From the IMG/VR virus record IMGVR_UViG_3300042456_000185: 64,000 nt of DNA; one strand, given 5' to 3'. Positions 47,601 through 57,196 of the stretch are shown in pieces. The DNA comes from an uncultured virus (IMG/VR IMGVR_UViG_3300042456_000185). Its lineage: Duplodnaviria; Heunggongvirae; Uroviricota; Caudoviricetes; Crassvirales. Position numbers and translations under genes: made by a program. Position 1 is the stretch's first letter. Each line of letters begins with the position of its first letter. Under the pieces are notes generated by a model. That model worked only from the letters and a program-made list of their open reading frames with translations. It made no database searches and was not told where the DNA came from.

Positions 47601-49682
47601 ACCCTTTAGATTGTATGTCTCGGTTCCGTCTGGACTAGTAAGTGAGACATTTTTAATAGAGCCATCCTTACCTCTCTTGATTGACTTCAGGCCAGTCTGT
47701 CTGTTAATCATAACAGTACCACCCTGGATCTTCTGATTGTCTCCACCATTGTAGGTGAATGAACCATCTTCATTTACAGAGATTCTACCCTTGGCCTCAC
47801 TCAATCCGAGTTCCGATGTAGGTCTATCCTGAATCTCATCGATGTTTCCGATGTCGAAGATCTTGCCCTCTTCAGTCTCAATGACTACACGCTGACCGTC
47901 TTGGTATACGTCACCTTCTACGATAGTTTCAGAAACTGGGTCTGAGAATGTTGCACGTCTGTTTAACAGTCCACGTACTGTGCCTACTGTTTTTTCAGGT
48001 GCTTGAAGAACTCTACCTGCCGGAGTCTCTTTTTTGCCTGCTCCTTCGACAGGTTCGGCTTGGACAACGGCTTCCCCTCCTTGCTCAGTACCTGGTACTT
48101 GCTTCCCTTCTTGACTAACATATTTTTGTTCGATATTTTGTTTCTCAACGATAAGGTTCTTTGCAACGTCACGTACAGCTTCAAAGCTGTCACGAGTTAC
48201 CTTGCCACTCTTGATGTCATCAGATAGTGACTTAATCTTTGTGTTTATATCAGTGACTTTATTTCTGTCGTCTTCAGACATAGAGTTATAGAACTCAAGG
48301 TCATCAGTAAACATCTTTCTCTTTTCAGCTACAAGAGCGTCACGTTGCGCCTTAACCTCTTCAGTCATATAAGATGGAATCTCTCCATTGTCAAGAGCAA
48401 TAGAAAGCTCGTCAATCTTTTTATTGACTTCATTGCGTTTCTTGATATCAGATACCTTGCCTACTGTAGATGCGATTACAACTGGAGTAGAGAACGTTCC
48501 ACCACCGATTAATCCAGCAGCACCAGCCAACTTAACTCCATTCATTAAATCTAGCTCAGGATCTACTGTTGCTTTAAGAATTGCATTCTGTCCGAGTTGT
48601 GTGGCTGCTTCAGTTCCAGCCTCTCCAAGAGATCCACCCAAAAATACAGCTGAAGGATTTGAAATAACCTTCTGAGCAAATCCTTTAATAGCTTTCTCTC
48701 CGGCCTCTTTACCAAGATCCTTAATAGCTTTAGCCCCAAACTTAGCCATACCACCAGTGACACCATCCATAGCGCCTTCTACTGTAGCTAGACCGAATGC
48801 AATTTTTTTAGCCTGATTTTCATCAATTCCGTAGTCACGCATAAGCTGTCTCTTGTACGAATCGAAGGAAGATACCTGACCATATACACCAGCACCAAGT
48901 GGGCCAGTAGTGGCACCAGCTGCTACAATAGCAGCCATCTGCGGTAAACTCTCTACGAAAGCACCAGTAGCAATATCAAGAGCCTCACCAATTTCACCAC
49001 GTTCTAGAGCTTCATCAAAGCTCATATTGTAGGAATCGTTCTTTGCCTTAATATCTTCAGCCATCTTTGCGTTATACTTCACAAGAAGATCACGAGTCTC
49101 TCCGGCATATGGGTTGTAGAACCCTCCAGATGATTTAATAGATGACTCCAATGTGGAAGCAACGTCTTCAGGAACACCGATGGATTTAAGACCCATAGCA
49201 ATTTGCTCTGCCGCACTATTCTGGATAGACAACAGATTACCAAGGGCCGTGTATGATCCAGCCTTCAGCTCGTTTAGCTTTCGCTCAGCTCCAGTTACGC
49301 TTTTAGGTATTCCCTTTCCAGTCTCAAGCTTAGTTCTTTCTTGTTCTGGAAGAGCTGATAAGACTGGTCCGTATCTAGAATCTACGTCACGAAGACCGGC
49401 TGCTCTACTTAGAGACGGGGCGGGCTCCAACTCCGATGTAGAAGGAGTAGGCTGTTCTTTTGATCCTGACTGTAAAGGAGATTCCGTAGATGCCGTCTTT
49501 GCCCCAGGTGAGCTTGGAGCTAACGGCTGGTCTTTTTTTTTTACACCAGAACCCCAAGCAGAAGCAATCTGTTCTGGGTTCACGCCCTTGTATTTTGGGT
49601 TTCTCAAAAGAGCCTTAGTAAATTCATCTTGCGAAAAACCATCCAACTTGGCTGATTTAACTAGTTCTTCTAGTTCCTGCAT
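41676..49682 (-). CDS. Large polyvalent, probably internal (ejected) virion protein
   Basis: 2668 aa; Gly/Ala hydrophobic N-terminal region; HELFH zincin motif; HDFYGH domain; SAENP...DQVSV domain; follows the tail and internal genes. Confidence 0.75.
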   Translation of the reverse strand: MQELEELVKSAKLDGFSQDEFTKALLRNPKYKGVNPEQIASAWGSGVKKKDQPLAPSSPGAKTASTESPLQSGSKEQPTPSTSELEPAPSLSRAAGLRDVDSRYGPVLSALPEQERTKLETGKGIPKSVTGAERKLNELKAGSYTALGNLLSIQNSAAEQIAMGLKSIGVPEDVASTLESSIKSSGGFYNPYAGETRDLLVKYNAKMAEDIKAKNDSYNMSFDEALERGEIGEALDIATGAFVESLPQMAAIVAAGATTGPLGAGVYGQVSSFDSYKRQLMRDYGIDENQAKKIAFGLATVEGAMDGVTGGMAKFGAKAIKDLGKEAGEKAIKGFAQKVISNPSAVFLGGSLGEAGTEAATQLGQNAILKATVDPELDLMNGVKLAGAAGLIGGGTFSTPVVIASTVGKVSDIKKRNEVNKKIDELSIALDNGEIPSYMTEEVKAQRDALVAEKRKMFTDDLEFYNSMSEDDRNKVTDINTKIKSLSDDIKSGKVTRDSFEAVRDVAKNLIVEKQNIEQKYVSQEGKQVPGTEQGGEAVVQAEPVEGAGKKETPAGRVLQAPEKTVGTVRGLLNRRATFSDPVSETIVEGDVYQDGQRVVIETEEGKIFDIGNIDEIQDRPTSELGLSEAKGRISVNEDGSFTYNGGDNQKIQGGTVMINRQTGLKSIKRGKDGSIKNVSLTSPDGTETYNLKGQDAVDAAYQIMLNFSTSPEQSARVEQMLQQNEKARREIESARVALEQTPETTTEEAVGDTVDDTVGGDGPRVGGVVGKQATTQEIKARTASDPQKGSLYNAVRRASKTLSSIIPDATYVFVDSDAEAADYYKANMADVDAKENGSDKGRIFQNKNTGKVEIVINTSKADAVTAYHELFHAAFFRVYAQDAKTAIDFSNRLAKVLESGTASEKAIAKRVKDHVSKYEGDADAVVSEEFLAELAGIMTSDAKSITQGMASKLANFFNKIAKAMGMDPVFKEAATTKEVVDFMNSFAKAASTGSSFNPVFNEVLTGTFRPSSSKSVGNVDPKAKRENLERSKNFPTQTVSSMDYDGETVLTTQSDRLAAGSYTLPSGEKVELKGGFGYPAQTKKVWAASKLSKAAPLVGQINRQIKERGYALVAPVIMSEVSHKSNYTYFSVAMKLINQAADKKKLSNKAFLDQVKNAGKKAGVDLSDVNAQTVKENTDILLDKFSVESGAFESRKAFITELLGNTTPGGKNNAKLNGVVTSDQLAAMLADPILDGMPRGSIVSLIKVTKPVVARKTSIEKDGFLFHESYPAVIESEEGGIEMILIDDAQLAMEAIPVAETTNGKIVSLAAREGDKNKYATDLGLSNMPGVSRGTLRVSEPTVNKTQQDGKETKRPAAGNRLFNEPLKAVKSIADKYFKGAFGTERPTFEGTRTLDKARAKRISDAFDAMKHSPNDPEVAAAYEALSKETVDQYNAFLDAGYTVEINNEEPYANSQEMIDDLRKNKRIKIFSTESGFGDTPITAKQRKENPLLDTTKFKDVNGEPMLINDLFRAVHDFYGHAELGNSFGPLGEENAWNVHARMFSPLARRAMTSETRGQNSYVNFSGVNEKADKLREKARKLRDEGKIEEAIKVAEEIYEITSFADQKIGLLPEEFSQIDGFEARSSKFDGGKKSFSKSELDELDNSPYTKSQIEAIINKGKYALMSAENPQAANTVEDNDARTARAEEWLTERGYGNYTKIYGVFENKENSFLVPDMTMEDAEAFRKEFDQVSVAHSDGYMYEGGVDPRDEKANEFGIDYTDPKNDNYSIIKDSEGNAISFRTSYKWGTKEDLDKAIAKSNKKSRPSVDAMIIVDELATEGAVKPTAMQKVKDNALRAFVLTPEQQLVRSYKETQQSMVGRAGKKIRVQAEALNKLLGKNDELRLAVTAYLSGDLANSYDIIDKSPKGEQIFDLLTDMRAFVDSMSSDLTTSPSFMALPDALKATIQTNIGTYLRTSYRFWKDKNYTIDKAMRREAIAHQFDSNIAYELDKLLKEGMSPDDAEVKINSSRDKILRKAEKQIDEYIAEIERIRNTPEFKASGVVTSGQIKIPSDQLSGKKTVPEYIQQLLGVEKDPVVRFVDTAVALANIKYKGEMVYKIVTSLGADSIKTADQVTDGQIKSREFIKVNDKFSPLNDMYVHKDVFDVINNEDIYSSDIAWIQGYFNILKLSRKSKVIYNSPTWRKNITGGWQIMLANGVINTSTITDLINRAKFLAGKEDPEVTALLDRMAEFGLVGTDVNADIVGNLNSIYVSSLTGDTKLLEKASSYIKSADAKLGEKYSAIDDYTKMVIFRNKRDNAANKMFGKPFSELTEAEQYKSDAALAEEIKSTTPTFSRLPPLYKKIAKFPVGDFLSFKLEAARSISNVFITAVEDIKKSTDPKLSSVQRKAYAISGVSKLMGASTALSMAYVVPAMLSSMFLGDDEELYEDALKLRANWMDGHNLVVKKVYPDGRIAYYDLSMEDTYGDITNTIFQLSNGELEGAIKSLAADVQPNMAVELLVSIFTGKNEYAGDLYESYDPLYTKALKLAGHSIKSTIAPPSAYSSGRDASKAVEDNPELNWTQEFLTRFVKRIAVRDYESNAGKQFYYIVKESSNGITKDEQYTKLKGDARENRFEALSDMREEYLALTKISQYYGNKDLKSNAKSAVKRYLNKDEEAYVLRGKMK

Positions 49683-49708
49683 ATGCTATTGTTAATATGC
49701 AAATTTAG

Positions 49709-50938
49709 TTAATAATCGAAGTACTCGTAATACGCTCCCTTCAACTTATTCTTTAATACAGAGCGGTCCTCTTTTGTAAGTCTTCTCGTCTCTCTTACTT
49801 CTCCGTCCTCAGTCTTGCTAATTGTACGGATGTAATCTCTTCCATCTGAACCTTTACCAAATCCAGCTATATCGTATTTTCTAGTACCTATGAACAGATT
49901 TGAAGGAAGCTCATACATACTTACTGTAACTTTTCCATCTACAGGAGTGAATGTAGACTTACCACCACGTACCCTTAGAGTTCCGGGCTGAACCTTTGTG
50001 TCGGATGGAGCCAGGTTCATATACTTTTTTGAATCAGAATCTGTCATACTATCTTCCTCTTTCTTATCGTACTCACCGATAGAGTTAGGTACAGTCTGAC
50101 GAATCTGGTTCATAGTATCATTAACATACTCACCAAGAAGTAAGTCTTTCTGATCCTGTGGTAGTGCTATTAGTTCCTCTACGTCAGATGCACTCAATGG
50201 TCTATTGTTCAAGCCTTTCCATCCTCTCTTTCTAGCTCCATAGATAATTGCCTTATTGTAAGCATCGGTATCTTGAGTTAGCATAGATGGTAGCCACTGA
50301 TTCTGTGCAAAATTAATAGCCTGAGACTTGTTAAATGAAACACCATCAGGAGAGAAGTCGCTCTTCTTAGGGCCAAGGATAACGCCAACAGCCTCCTCAG
50401 CTAACTCATTTGGCTGCATAAATTTGAGCTTCTCAGATGTTGGGATTCTAAACGCAGTTGTAACGTCCATAATTTCCTCTTCTCCGGCCGCCTGTGAGTT
50501 AAAGTTGTCAAGCAGGTTAACAAACTGTTCACCAGTTACAGCAAACTCAGACGGGGTGTTGTAAAAGCTGTTGATGTTCTTTAGGCCAATCTCTGACTTT
50601 GCCTGAGCAGATCCAAGAAGTGCGTTAAACTTAGCTTGTGACTCTAAAAACGCATTACGGTCAGTATCCATACCGCTATATGCCAACTGCTCTCCCTTTG
50701 AGATATACTCGTCAAAAGCGGCTTGTACTGTAGGTCTGTATCTGGGCATAAGCTGTCCAATGTTACCAGCCTCTCCATATGCCTTATCAATGCCGTATCT
50801 TGCACGTCTTTTATCAGCTTCGTCTCTCTGCTGAGCCGCCTGCTCTTGTCTCTGTCCAGCTCTATACTCCTGCAACTTGAAAGCCTGACCAGCTAGGTCT
50901 GGCATCTCGATAGGAGTCGTTGGTAAAATAACAGCCAT
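49709..50938 (-). CDS. Putative internal virion protein
   Basis: 409 aa, helical; positional inference. Confidence 0.55.
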   Translation of the reverse strand: MAVILPTTPIEMPDLAGQAFKLQEYRAGQRQEQAAQQRDEADKRRARYGIDKAYGEAGNIGQLMPRYRPTVQAAFDEYISKGEQLAYSGMDTDRNAFLESQAKFNALLGSAQAKSEIGLKNINSFYNTPSEFAVTGEQFVNLLDNFNSQAAGEEEIMDVTTAFRIPTSEKLKFMQPNELAEEAVGVILGPKKSDFSPDGVSFNKSQAINFAQNQWLPSMLTQDTDAYNKAIIYGARKRGWKGLNNRPLSASDVEELIALPQDQKDLLLGEYVNDTMNQIRQTVPNSIGEYDKKEEDSMTDSDSKKYMNLAPSDTKVQPGTLRVRGGKSTFTPVDGKVTVSMYELPSNLFIGTRKYDIAGFGKGSDGRDYIRTISKTEDGEVRETRRLTKEDRSVLKNKLKGAYYEYFDY

Positions 50939-51951
50939 TACTTATTCTTGTTAAATTTATTCAGAAGCTTACGGAAGTATGCGCTCTCTTTGGACAGCTT
51001 TGCTGCCTGTGATGGGTTCAGGATTACCTCGCCACCAGTCATCTCTCCAACCTTCTTTCCCTTCTGTACGATGTCGATAGGATTAGTCTTATGGCTAAAC
51101 TTACCACCAGTTACCATACCACCTTCTTTAAGATATGCGGCTCTATCATTTAGACCTAATTGATTGAGGAATCTTCTATTCATTTCTTGTTCCTCTATGA
51201 TTCCAGGTCTGGTATATACGTCAGTAACTGCATCGACTCCATCGTAATCAAAACCTTGTTGATAAGCCTCTGCTGGGTTCATAGTTGATGCAACCCGCTC
51301 TTCCATTAGTGGAATAGACATATACTCATTTAGAGTTATTCCGGGCATTTTTCCTGCGCTATTGGATTTCAAACCAAATCCCATCCCTTTTCCTTGGCCT
51401 TGTGAATTTGAGAAAGCGTTTGCTCCATACATAGCAGCAGACCCAAGCTGTCCAATACCTGAAGCAGCAGTCTGTACACCTGCATTAAGAGCTGCCTGGG
51501 CCATACCGAGCTTCTGGTTGTATACATCTGTTTCTCGACCCATCTCACGCTCCTTGGCGCTAGCAACATCTCCAAGGGCAGCAAGTCTCTGCTGGTTCTC
51601 AAACTGAGATACGTCAAATGCTGCTTGGTTACCACCTCTAACAACAGAAGGAAGACCTCCAATAAGAGCACGTCCACCACCTTGTTGCAGTGCATTTACA
51701 GAAGTAGCCATACTTCTATTGATCTCGTCAAGCTGTCGATTCATAAGCTCTGCATCATATGCAGCCTTCATCATCTGTGCATATTCAGCTGGAGAAGAAG
51801 TACTTGGAGTTTTTAATCCAGCAGCTTCTCTCTTTGCCCTATTGGCCTGGACTCCTCCATAGATGGCTTGAGCAGCTCCAATTGCAGCCGGCACTAGAAA
51901 CATACCACCAGCGATGTATTTCTTTACGTTCTTGTCTTTCTGATACTTCAT
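50938..51951 (-). CDS. Putative internal / ejection protein
   Basis: Ala/Gly-rich amphipathic N-terminus (AAIGAAQAIYGGVQA). Confidence 0.6.
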   Translation of the reverse strand: MKYQKDKNVKKYIAGGMFLVPAAIGAAQAIYGGVQANRAKREAAGLKTPSTSSPAEYAQMMKAAYDAELMNRQLDEINRSMATSVNALQQGGGRALIGGLPSVVRGGNQAAFDVSQFENQQRLAALGDVASAKEREMGRETDVYNQKLGMAQAALNAGVQTAASGIGQLGSAAMYGANAFSNSQGQGKGMGFGLKSNSAGKMPGITLNEYMSIPLMEERVASTMNPAEAYQQGFDYDGVDAVTDVYTRPGIIEEQEMNRRFLNQLGLNDRAAYLKEGGMVTGGKFSHKTNPIDIVQKGKKVGEMTGGEVILNPSQAAKLSKESAYFRKLLNKFNKNK

Positions 51952-51967
51952 ATTGCAAAAATACTAC

Positions 51968-54900
51968 TTATTGTCCGAGTTCGTTGTGTAGGTTACTTTT
52001 CGAGAAAACTGTATTGACTGCGTACAGCTCAACTTGATCGATGTTTGAGTTTGTCAAACGTAGCTTCAGGTAGTAGTCACGCATTTGGTCTCCTTCAATT
52101 ATTGAGTTAGGAGATATGGCTACTACTAGGTCCCCAGGGTCAACTCCTGCGGCAGGAGCAGATACAGATATCGTGTCAGCAGAAATGATGCTAGATATAT
52201 TCAGAGCATATGGCTCAAGATCATCGCCAACTACCTTGTACAGATTTGATCCGATTGGGAATGGAATATCGCTAATTTGAGTAGTAAAGGTTACCTCATT
52301 GTCGTCAACCGTGTCAACAATTCCAATTGAGTAAACCTCAGAAGATCCGCTAAGCGTTACGATATTTCCAGACAGGGTAGAGTTTGCTGAGTTATCACGT
52401 GGAATATATGCGTAGAAGTTTCTCTCCTTCTTCTCATAGTCTCCATATGGGTAAGTGATACCGTCAATAGTCTGTGGTGTGCTGCTAACAGAAGAAGTCT
52501 GGTCAGTGTTTGACAAGCTGGAGTTCCAGGCATCAGTTCCTTCAATGCTCATAGACTGGTAAGCCTTTACCATAGATGGATTGCTAGCAGAAACTACTTC
52601 TACTACAGATCCAGCAGCAGCTTCAGCGCCATAGTAAACTGTTCTATCAGCTTCTATTGAGTGTCTGTACATTGCTCCACCCTTAAACGAATACATAGTA
52701 TCGTCTACAGTGTTAATAGCCTCTGGTACAAATGAATACTTTGAGTTCCATACAGAGTCGTCTGTGTCCCATCCAACAGTAAAAGGAACAACGTCTCCGT
52801 AATCTTCTTCAATGTATGCGTCAAACTCACCGCAGTCGTTTACAAATGTGAATGACCCGTCAGAAAGATTTACAGTAATCTGTACATAGAAGTCGAAGTT
52901 GCTGTTTGTCGCAATAGCGTAGATTAGATTCGAGTCGGTATCCACCAAGTCGCTTCCAAGATATAGCGGGAACCCTTCAGAGAGTCTGTCCAGGAATACG
53001 ATACCATTCAAGCTGTTATCAAAGGTGTCGCAGATCGTATTAAAGAATCTGTCCTCCGTGTCAAAGGTTGGCAACATAGAGTCGTTGTACTCAAATGTGG
53101 TATAAACCTTCGTTCCCTCTTCGTCTGTATGTGCGAGATATTGGTACAGAGGAGTTACGTGAGTTCCGTCTGCGTATATCTTGATGTAGAACAGCTTGAC
53201 ACCATCTGAAGATACAATAAACTCTCCTGATTCGCCATCAATACCTCCGATAATTCTTCTAGTAACAGTTGTACTCTCTGAAGAATATGCCTCAAGGACG
53301 TTCTTAAAGTTTCTCTTAAAGAAGGCATCTAGTTTTACTGCAGATATTTCAGTAAGGCCATCCTGAGAGAGTCTCATAACCTTTCCTGACCTAACATCTG
53401 AGAAGTAAACACGCCCTCTTTCTATAGCTACAGACTCAGGATTGTTACATACTCCATAGTCACCAAGATAGTAACTAGGAGATCCTACTACGCTGTTTGT
53501 AGTTGTTACAATACCACCACCTGTTGCGCTTTCTATCACGTTCTTATTTACAGGGAAGATTCCGACCTTCTTTTCCTGAAGGAATACAATAGAGTCATCC
53601 TTGTTTATCAGACTTCTTATCGGTCCGTGTATGTAGTTTAGGTCTTCAAAGTTAGCCTTAGATAGGTTGAATGAAGATAGTCCTAGTACATATGAATCTA
53701 TTACAAATGGATCTGAGTATGTTACAGAGCCAGTTCTAAAAGCTCTTTTACCGTCTGGATTCTCAGCAAAAGGACGGCCAATACCAGTACTATTTGAGAC
53801 ATAAAAATCAGAGATAGAAGATGCTTCAATGCTGCGGACAAGGTAGGAGAATAAATCTGCATCTTCCCCGATGCGAAGCTGTCTAAGTCTAAAGTATACA
53901 TCGCCACTCGTCAAGTTACAAACGGCATCGGAAGAGTTTACTATCTGTAGACCAGTACCTCCGCCAAATGTGGCACCAGGAGAGAATCCACCTTGGATGA
54001 TAAACCCATCAACCACATACTGGTAATTGATTCCAGCTACAGTATTTACATAATTACTTACGTTAGATACTCTAAGTCTATTGTTGCTGTTGTCTCTGAT
54101 GATATCACCATTGTAAACTCTCTGTGTGGTAAATATCTGAATGCCAGGACTTACTGTGTTTACATATGCGGAAAGATTCGATATAAGCCTTGAGTCACCT
54201 GAGTGAACTCCATTTGATATATTGAAAGACTTCCCAATCTCGTAGTAGATATCATCTTCTGATCTCTCTCTGTATCTATAGATTTCTACAATAACATCCT
54301 TACCCCATCCATCTATGTTGTCAATTATAGCCTGTTTGTTGAAAGACTTATTTTCATTGTCCTCAAGAATCAGGAACCATCCAGTAGTATTGTAGATGGA
54401 GTCCTCATTAGCTTCATTTAGGATGGGATTCGTTTCTATATTATTTTCCAGATTCTGATATCCAGTAACCGTAAATGTGACATCTGGGTATATGTATTTC
54501 TCAGATAGTAATACTCCTCCAGTGTAGAAAAATAGATTTACAGCAATTGAAGACTTGAAGAATGTTCCATTAGCATTGAGTGGATTATTGCCAGATATTC
54601 TTTTTGCCAAGATCTTTGTCGCTGTTCCTTGCCTGTATACTGATATGATCCTGTATCTGTTACCGTTGTTCTTATACTCTTCGTTTAACGCAGGCATAAA
54701 TCCGTTAGAGAATGTAAGCTCAGCTACATCCGTCTCACGATAGGACACTATTCTTAGTCTGTCTCCTTTCGTATACTTATATCCAAGAAGTGCTCCTTTA
54801 GACTCTACGAAAGAATCAGCCTTACCCTCCAGAGAGCGCATAGAGACGTATATAACGTCGTTATTAGACAAGTTGGCTATCGATGTGTCAGCTATTGGAT

Positions 54901-57190
54901 TAGATGCGTTATATGCGCTTATTACGCTGTACTGCAAAAAGTCCTGTATGTTTCCATACTTTCTAATTACTGGAGCCCATTTCTTTGCCCAGGTTGGTCC
55001 ATCACTGGTAATTCTTAAATCAACGGAAGCCCCACCGTAATATGGGTATTCTCTATCTGAATACCATTTAACTGCTGCATCAGATGTTTTCTGTACAAAC
55101 GATGTGCGTCCCCTATCGTCATAATATACGATTCCAATGCTGTGCTTTGCTCCAGACTTAAACGACTTGTAGTTTGCATATCCAGCTACCACAAAAGAAT
55201 ATACGCTGTCAAGTACTGGAATGCCTCTTGGAAATGCTCGAAACGGCTGGGACGGTTCAATTTCTGTGTTTTCAACTGGTATAATTATATTTCCGTCACC
55301 GTCTGGATTTTTTTCAAACTTAGTTTGGCTATATCCAACAGCGGGCTGAAGAATAGTAATAGAAATAGTATCAGAAGACTTAAAATTTATCTCCTTTGAA
55401 AGATTTGGGGAGGAGTTTACTTTGTATACAATTCCAGACCAGATATTCTCCCCCCTAAATATAGCCTTTGGAGTTATAGAGAAGTTTAATATATTTGCTG
55501 CAAATGTAATAACACCAGAAAGTCTTAGTTGCTCTTGTATTCTAACAGACCCACTTCCCTGGAAGTACATCCATCTTCTTGCTAAAGTTCCTACCGCTGG
55601 AAGTTCTGACTTTGCTTCAAAAATTCTAGTAGCTTGATCTATATTGCTAGTGTCTGTGTTTAATGCAATGTTATATATATTACTTACAGCATCAGATATT
55701 ACGTCATAGATTTCATTAAGTGGAGTGTTAGCCTCAATGTTTACAATCTTTCTAATGTTTACCGGAGACACTATAAGTCTAGCGTAAGAAAGAAGACCAC
55801 CAGCGTTTTTCTCAATCAAGTCTTCATTAAGCTCAACCCAGTTAAAGAATACTCCAGGACCAAGACTGTTTCCATACATAAAGTCAACCAACTCATCGTT
55901 ATTTTCGCCTGAAAATCTTAGCGAGAAGTTTAACACAATCTGTGAAGACTCATTAATTGGAGTATATTGAGTTAAGTCTAAAGATATTTTTGCGTTTACA
56001 TATGCCGGTTGCTGAGATGTGGCCCACGTCGCAGAAGAAATAGATACACCAGTCCTAATAACCTCTTGATAGGTTACAGTTACTGGGATATTAATGATAC
56101 GAGGTGATTGCTCATAGTTTACTCCAACAAATGAGGCTGTACTTGTATTATCGTAACCCTCTGTGTAATTACCGTAAAACAATCTGTTCCCAGATATTGT
56201 CTGAGATTGTGCAATAATAGGAACAGCGTCATATAGTTTGTTCTGTTCGTCCTCAGATATATATCTATACGTGCTATCATTATAGAAGTTAAATCTAAGT
56301 TCCTGTACAGTAGTTCCTTTTGGGTTGTTTAACTCTCTAATAATAAAAAACGAACCTTCATTTCCAAGCCTTGCTAACACTCGTATAGTCTTAACATCTG
56401 CAATACTGCTATCTACAGATATTCTTATGGCGTTATACTCAGATCTTTGCGTAGTGTTAATAATTCCGTCAACGTACTGATTAGGGGCTACTGCTAAATC
56501 TGTATACTTTGAGATAGCAGAAACCTCACCGTCATCGTAGATGTACTGATATGCGAACTGGAAGTTTTTGTCGTAGATTAAGTTGTCTGAAAAGTTTTCG
56601 TCAGAGAATATAGCATACCTCGGAGGATCTAGTGGCGGCATACGTGCCGTGGTAAGAAACTGGAGCTTCTGCTCAGCAGTACCAGTATTTAGTACGCTAG
56701 AATATCCTCCATTAATGGCTACTGTTACGTTTATCTTTTTAGGAGAGGAGAACCCATCCGTAAAGTAAAGCAACATATTCTGGTCGATGTTCCTTACGAA
56801 GTTAGCCTGGATAAAAGCAGACCTACTAAAGTTAAGTACAGCGTCACGATAGACAAGCTCTACGAAAGAAGAAGACGTGCTAAATCTGTAGATGCTGTGG
56901 TTATCGTTCTCATTCCATACAAAGAAAACAATCTCACCGGTAGACTGGCTGTTTACTGCACTGATAACATAGTTCTCACCAGCTGGAAGTGCGTGTGTTT
57001 TGCCCTGCCAGTTGTTTCCATTCTTAAATGGTACTAGCTCATTTCCAAATGCGTTCTTGATAACACCCTCTGTTCCGTCTTCAGTAGCAGAGATCCTGAC
57101 GTTAATAGCGTCAGTCATCTCCATATTCTTGATTAGACGAGGATCGTCATCAAGGTTCATATACCTAGGAATGAGCTTTTCTATAGCCAT
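51968..57190 (-). CDS. Tail stabilisation / nozzle protein (P22 gp10-like)
   Basis: 1740 aa; MNLDDDPRLI...DAINVR, FAYQYIYDDGEVSAIS, GNRLFYGNYTEGYD and YGVCNNPES motifs. Confidence 0.75.
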   Translation of the reverse strand: MAIEKLIPRYMNLDDDPRLIKNMEMTDAINVRISATEDGTEGVIKNAFGNELVPFKNGNNWQGKTHALPAGENYVISAVNSQSTGEIVFFVWNENDNHSIYRFSTSSSFVELVYRDAVLNFSRSAFIQANFVRNIDQNMLLYFTDGFSSPKKINVTVAINGGYSSVLNTGTAEQKLQFLTTARMPPLDPPRYAIFSDENFSDNLIYDKNFQFAYQYIYDDGEVSAISKYTDLAVAPNQYVDGIINTTQRSEYNAIRISVDSSIADVKTIRVLARLGNEGSFFIIRELNNPKGTTVQELRFNFYNDSTYRYISEDEQNKLYDAVPIIAQSQTISGNRLFYGNYTEGYDNTSTASFVGVNYEQSPRIINIPVTVTYQEVIRTGVSISSATWATSQQPAYVNAKISLDLTQYTPINESSQIVLNFSLRFSGENNDELVDFMYGNSLGPGVFFNWVELNEDLIEKNAGGLLSYARLIVSPVNIRKIVNIEANTPLNEIYDVISDAVSNIYNIALNTDTSNIDQATRIFEAKSELPAVGTLARRWMYFQGSGSVRIQEQLRLSGVITFAANILNFSITPKAIFRGENIWSGIVYKVNSSPNLSKEINFKSSDTISITILQPAVGYSQTKFEKNPDGDGNIIIPVENTEIEPSQPFRAFPRGIPVLDSVYSFVVAGYANYKSFKSGAKHSIGIVYYDDRGRTSFVQKTSDAAVKWYSDREYPYYGGASVDLRITSDGPTWAKKWAPVIRKYGNIQDFLQYSVISAYNASNPIADTSIANLSNNDVIYVSMRSLEGKADSFVESKGALLGYKYTKGDRLRIVSYRETDVAELTFSNGFMPALNEEYKNNGNRYRIISVYRQGTATKILAKRISGNNPLNANGTFFKSSIAVNLFFYTGGVLLSEKYIYPDVTFTVTGYQNLENNIETNPILNEANEDSIYNTTGWFLILEDNENKSFNKQAIIDNIDGWGKDVIVEIYRYRERSEDDIYYEIGKSFNISNGVHSGDSRLISNLSAYVNTVSPGIQIFTTQRVYNGDIIRDNSNNRLRVSNVSNYVNTVAGINYQYVVDGFIIQGGFSPGATFGGGTGLQIVNSSDAVCNLTSGDVYFRLRQLRIGEDADLFSYLVRSIEASSISDFYVSNSTGIGRPFAENPDGKRAFRTGSVTYSDPFVIDSYVLGLSSFNLSKANFEDLNYIHGPIRSLINKDDSIVFLQEKKVGIFPVNKNVIESATGGGIVTTTNSVVGSPSYYLGDYGVCNNPESVAIERGRVYFSDVRSGKVMRLSQDGLTEISAVKLDAFFKRNFKNVLEAYSSESTTVTRRIIGGIDGESGEFIVSSDGVKLFYIKIYADGTHVTPLYQYLAHTDEEGTKVYTTFEYNDSMLPTFDTEDRFFNTICDTFDNSLNGIVFLDRLSEGFPLYLGSDLVDTDSNLIYAIATNSNFDFYVQITVNLSDGSFTFVNDCGEFDAYIEEDYGDVVPFTVGWDTDDSVWNSKYSFVPEAINTVDDTMYSFKGGAMYRHSIEADRTVYYGAEAAAGSVVEVVSASNPSMVKAYQSMSIEGTDAWNSSLSNTDQTSSVSSTPQTIDGITYPYGDYEKKERNFYAYIPRDNSANSTLSGNIVTLSGSSEVYSIGIVDTVDDNEVTFTTQISDIPFPIGSNLYKVVGDDLEPYALNISSIISADTISVSAPAAGVDPGDLVVAISPNSIIEGDQMRDYYLKLRLTNSNIDQVELYAVNTVFSKSNLHNELGQ

Positions 57191-57196
57191 AAGTGC

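Noticed and set aside
41676..49682. crAss-type virion RNA polymerase
   Set aside because: No DFDxD-type catalytic motif; only MDYDGE and KFDGG without supporting context.
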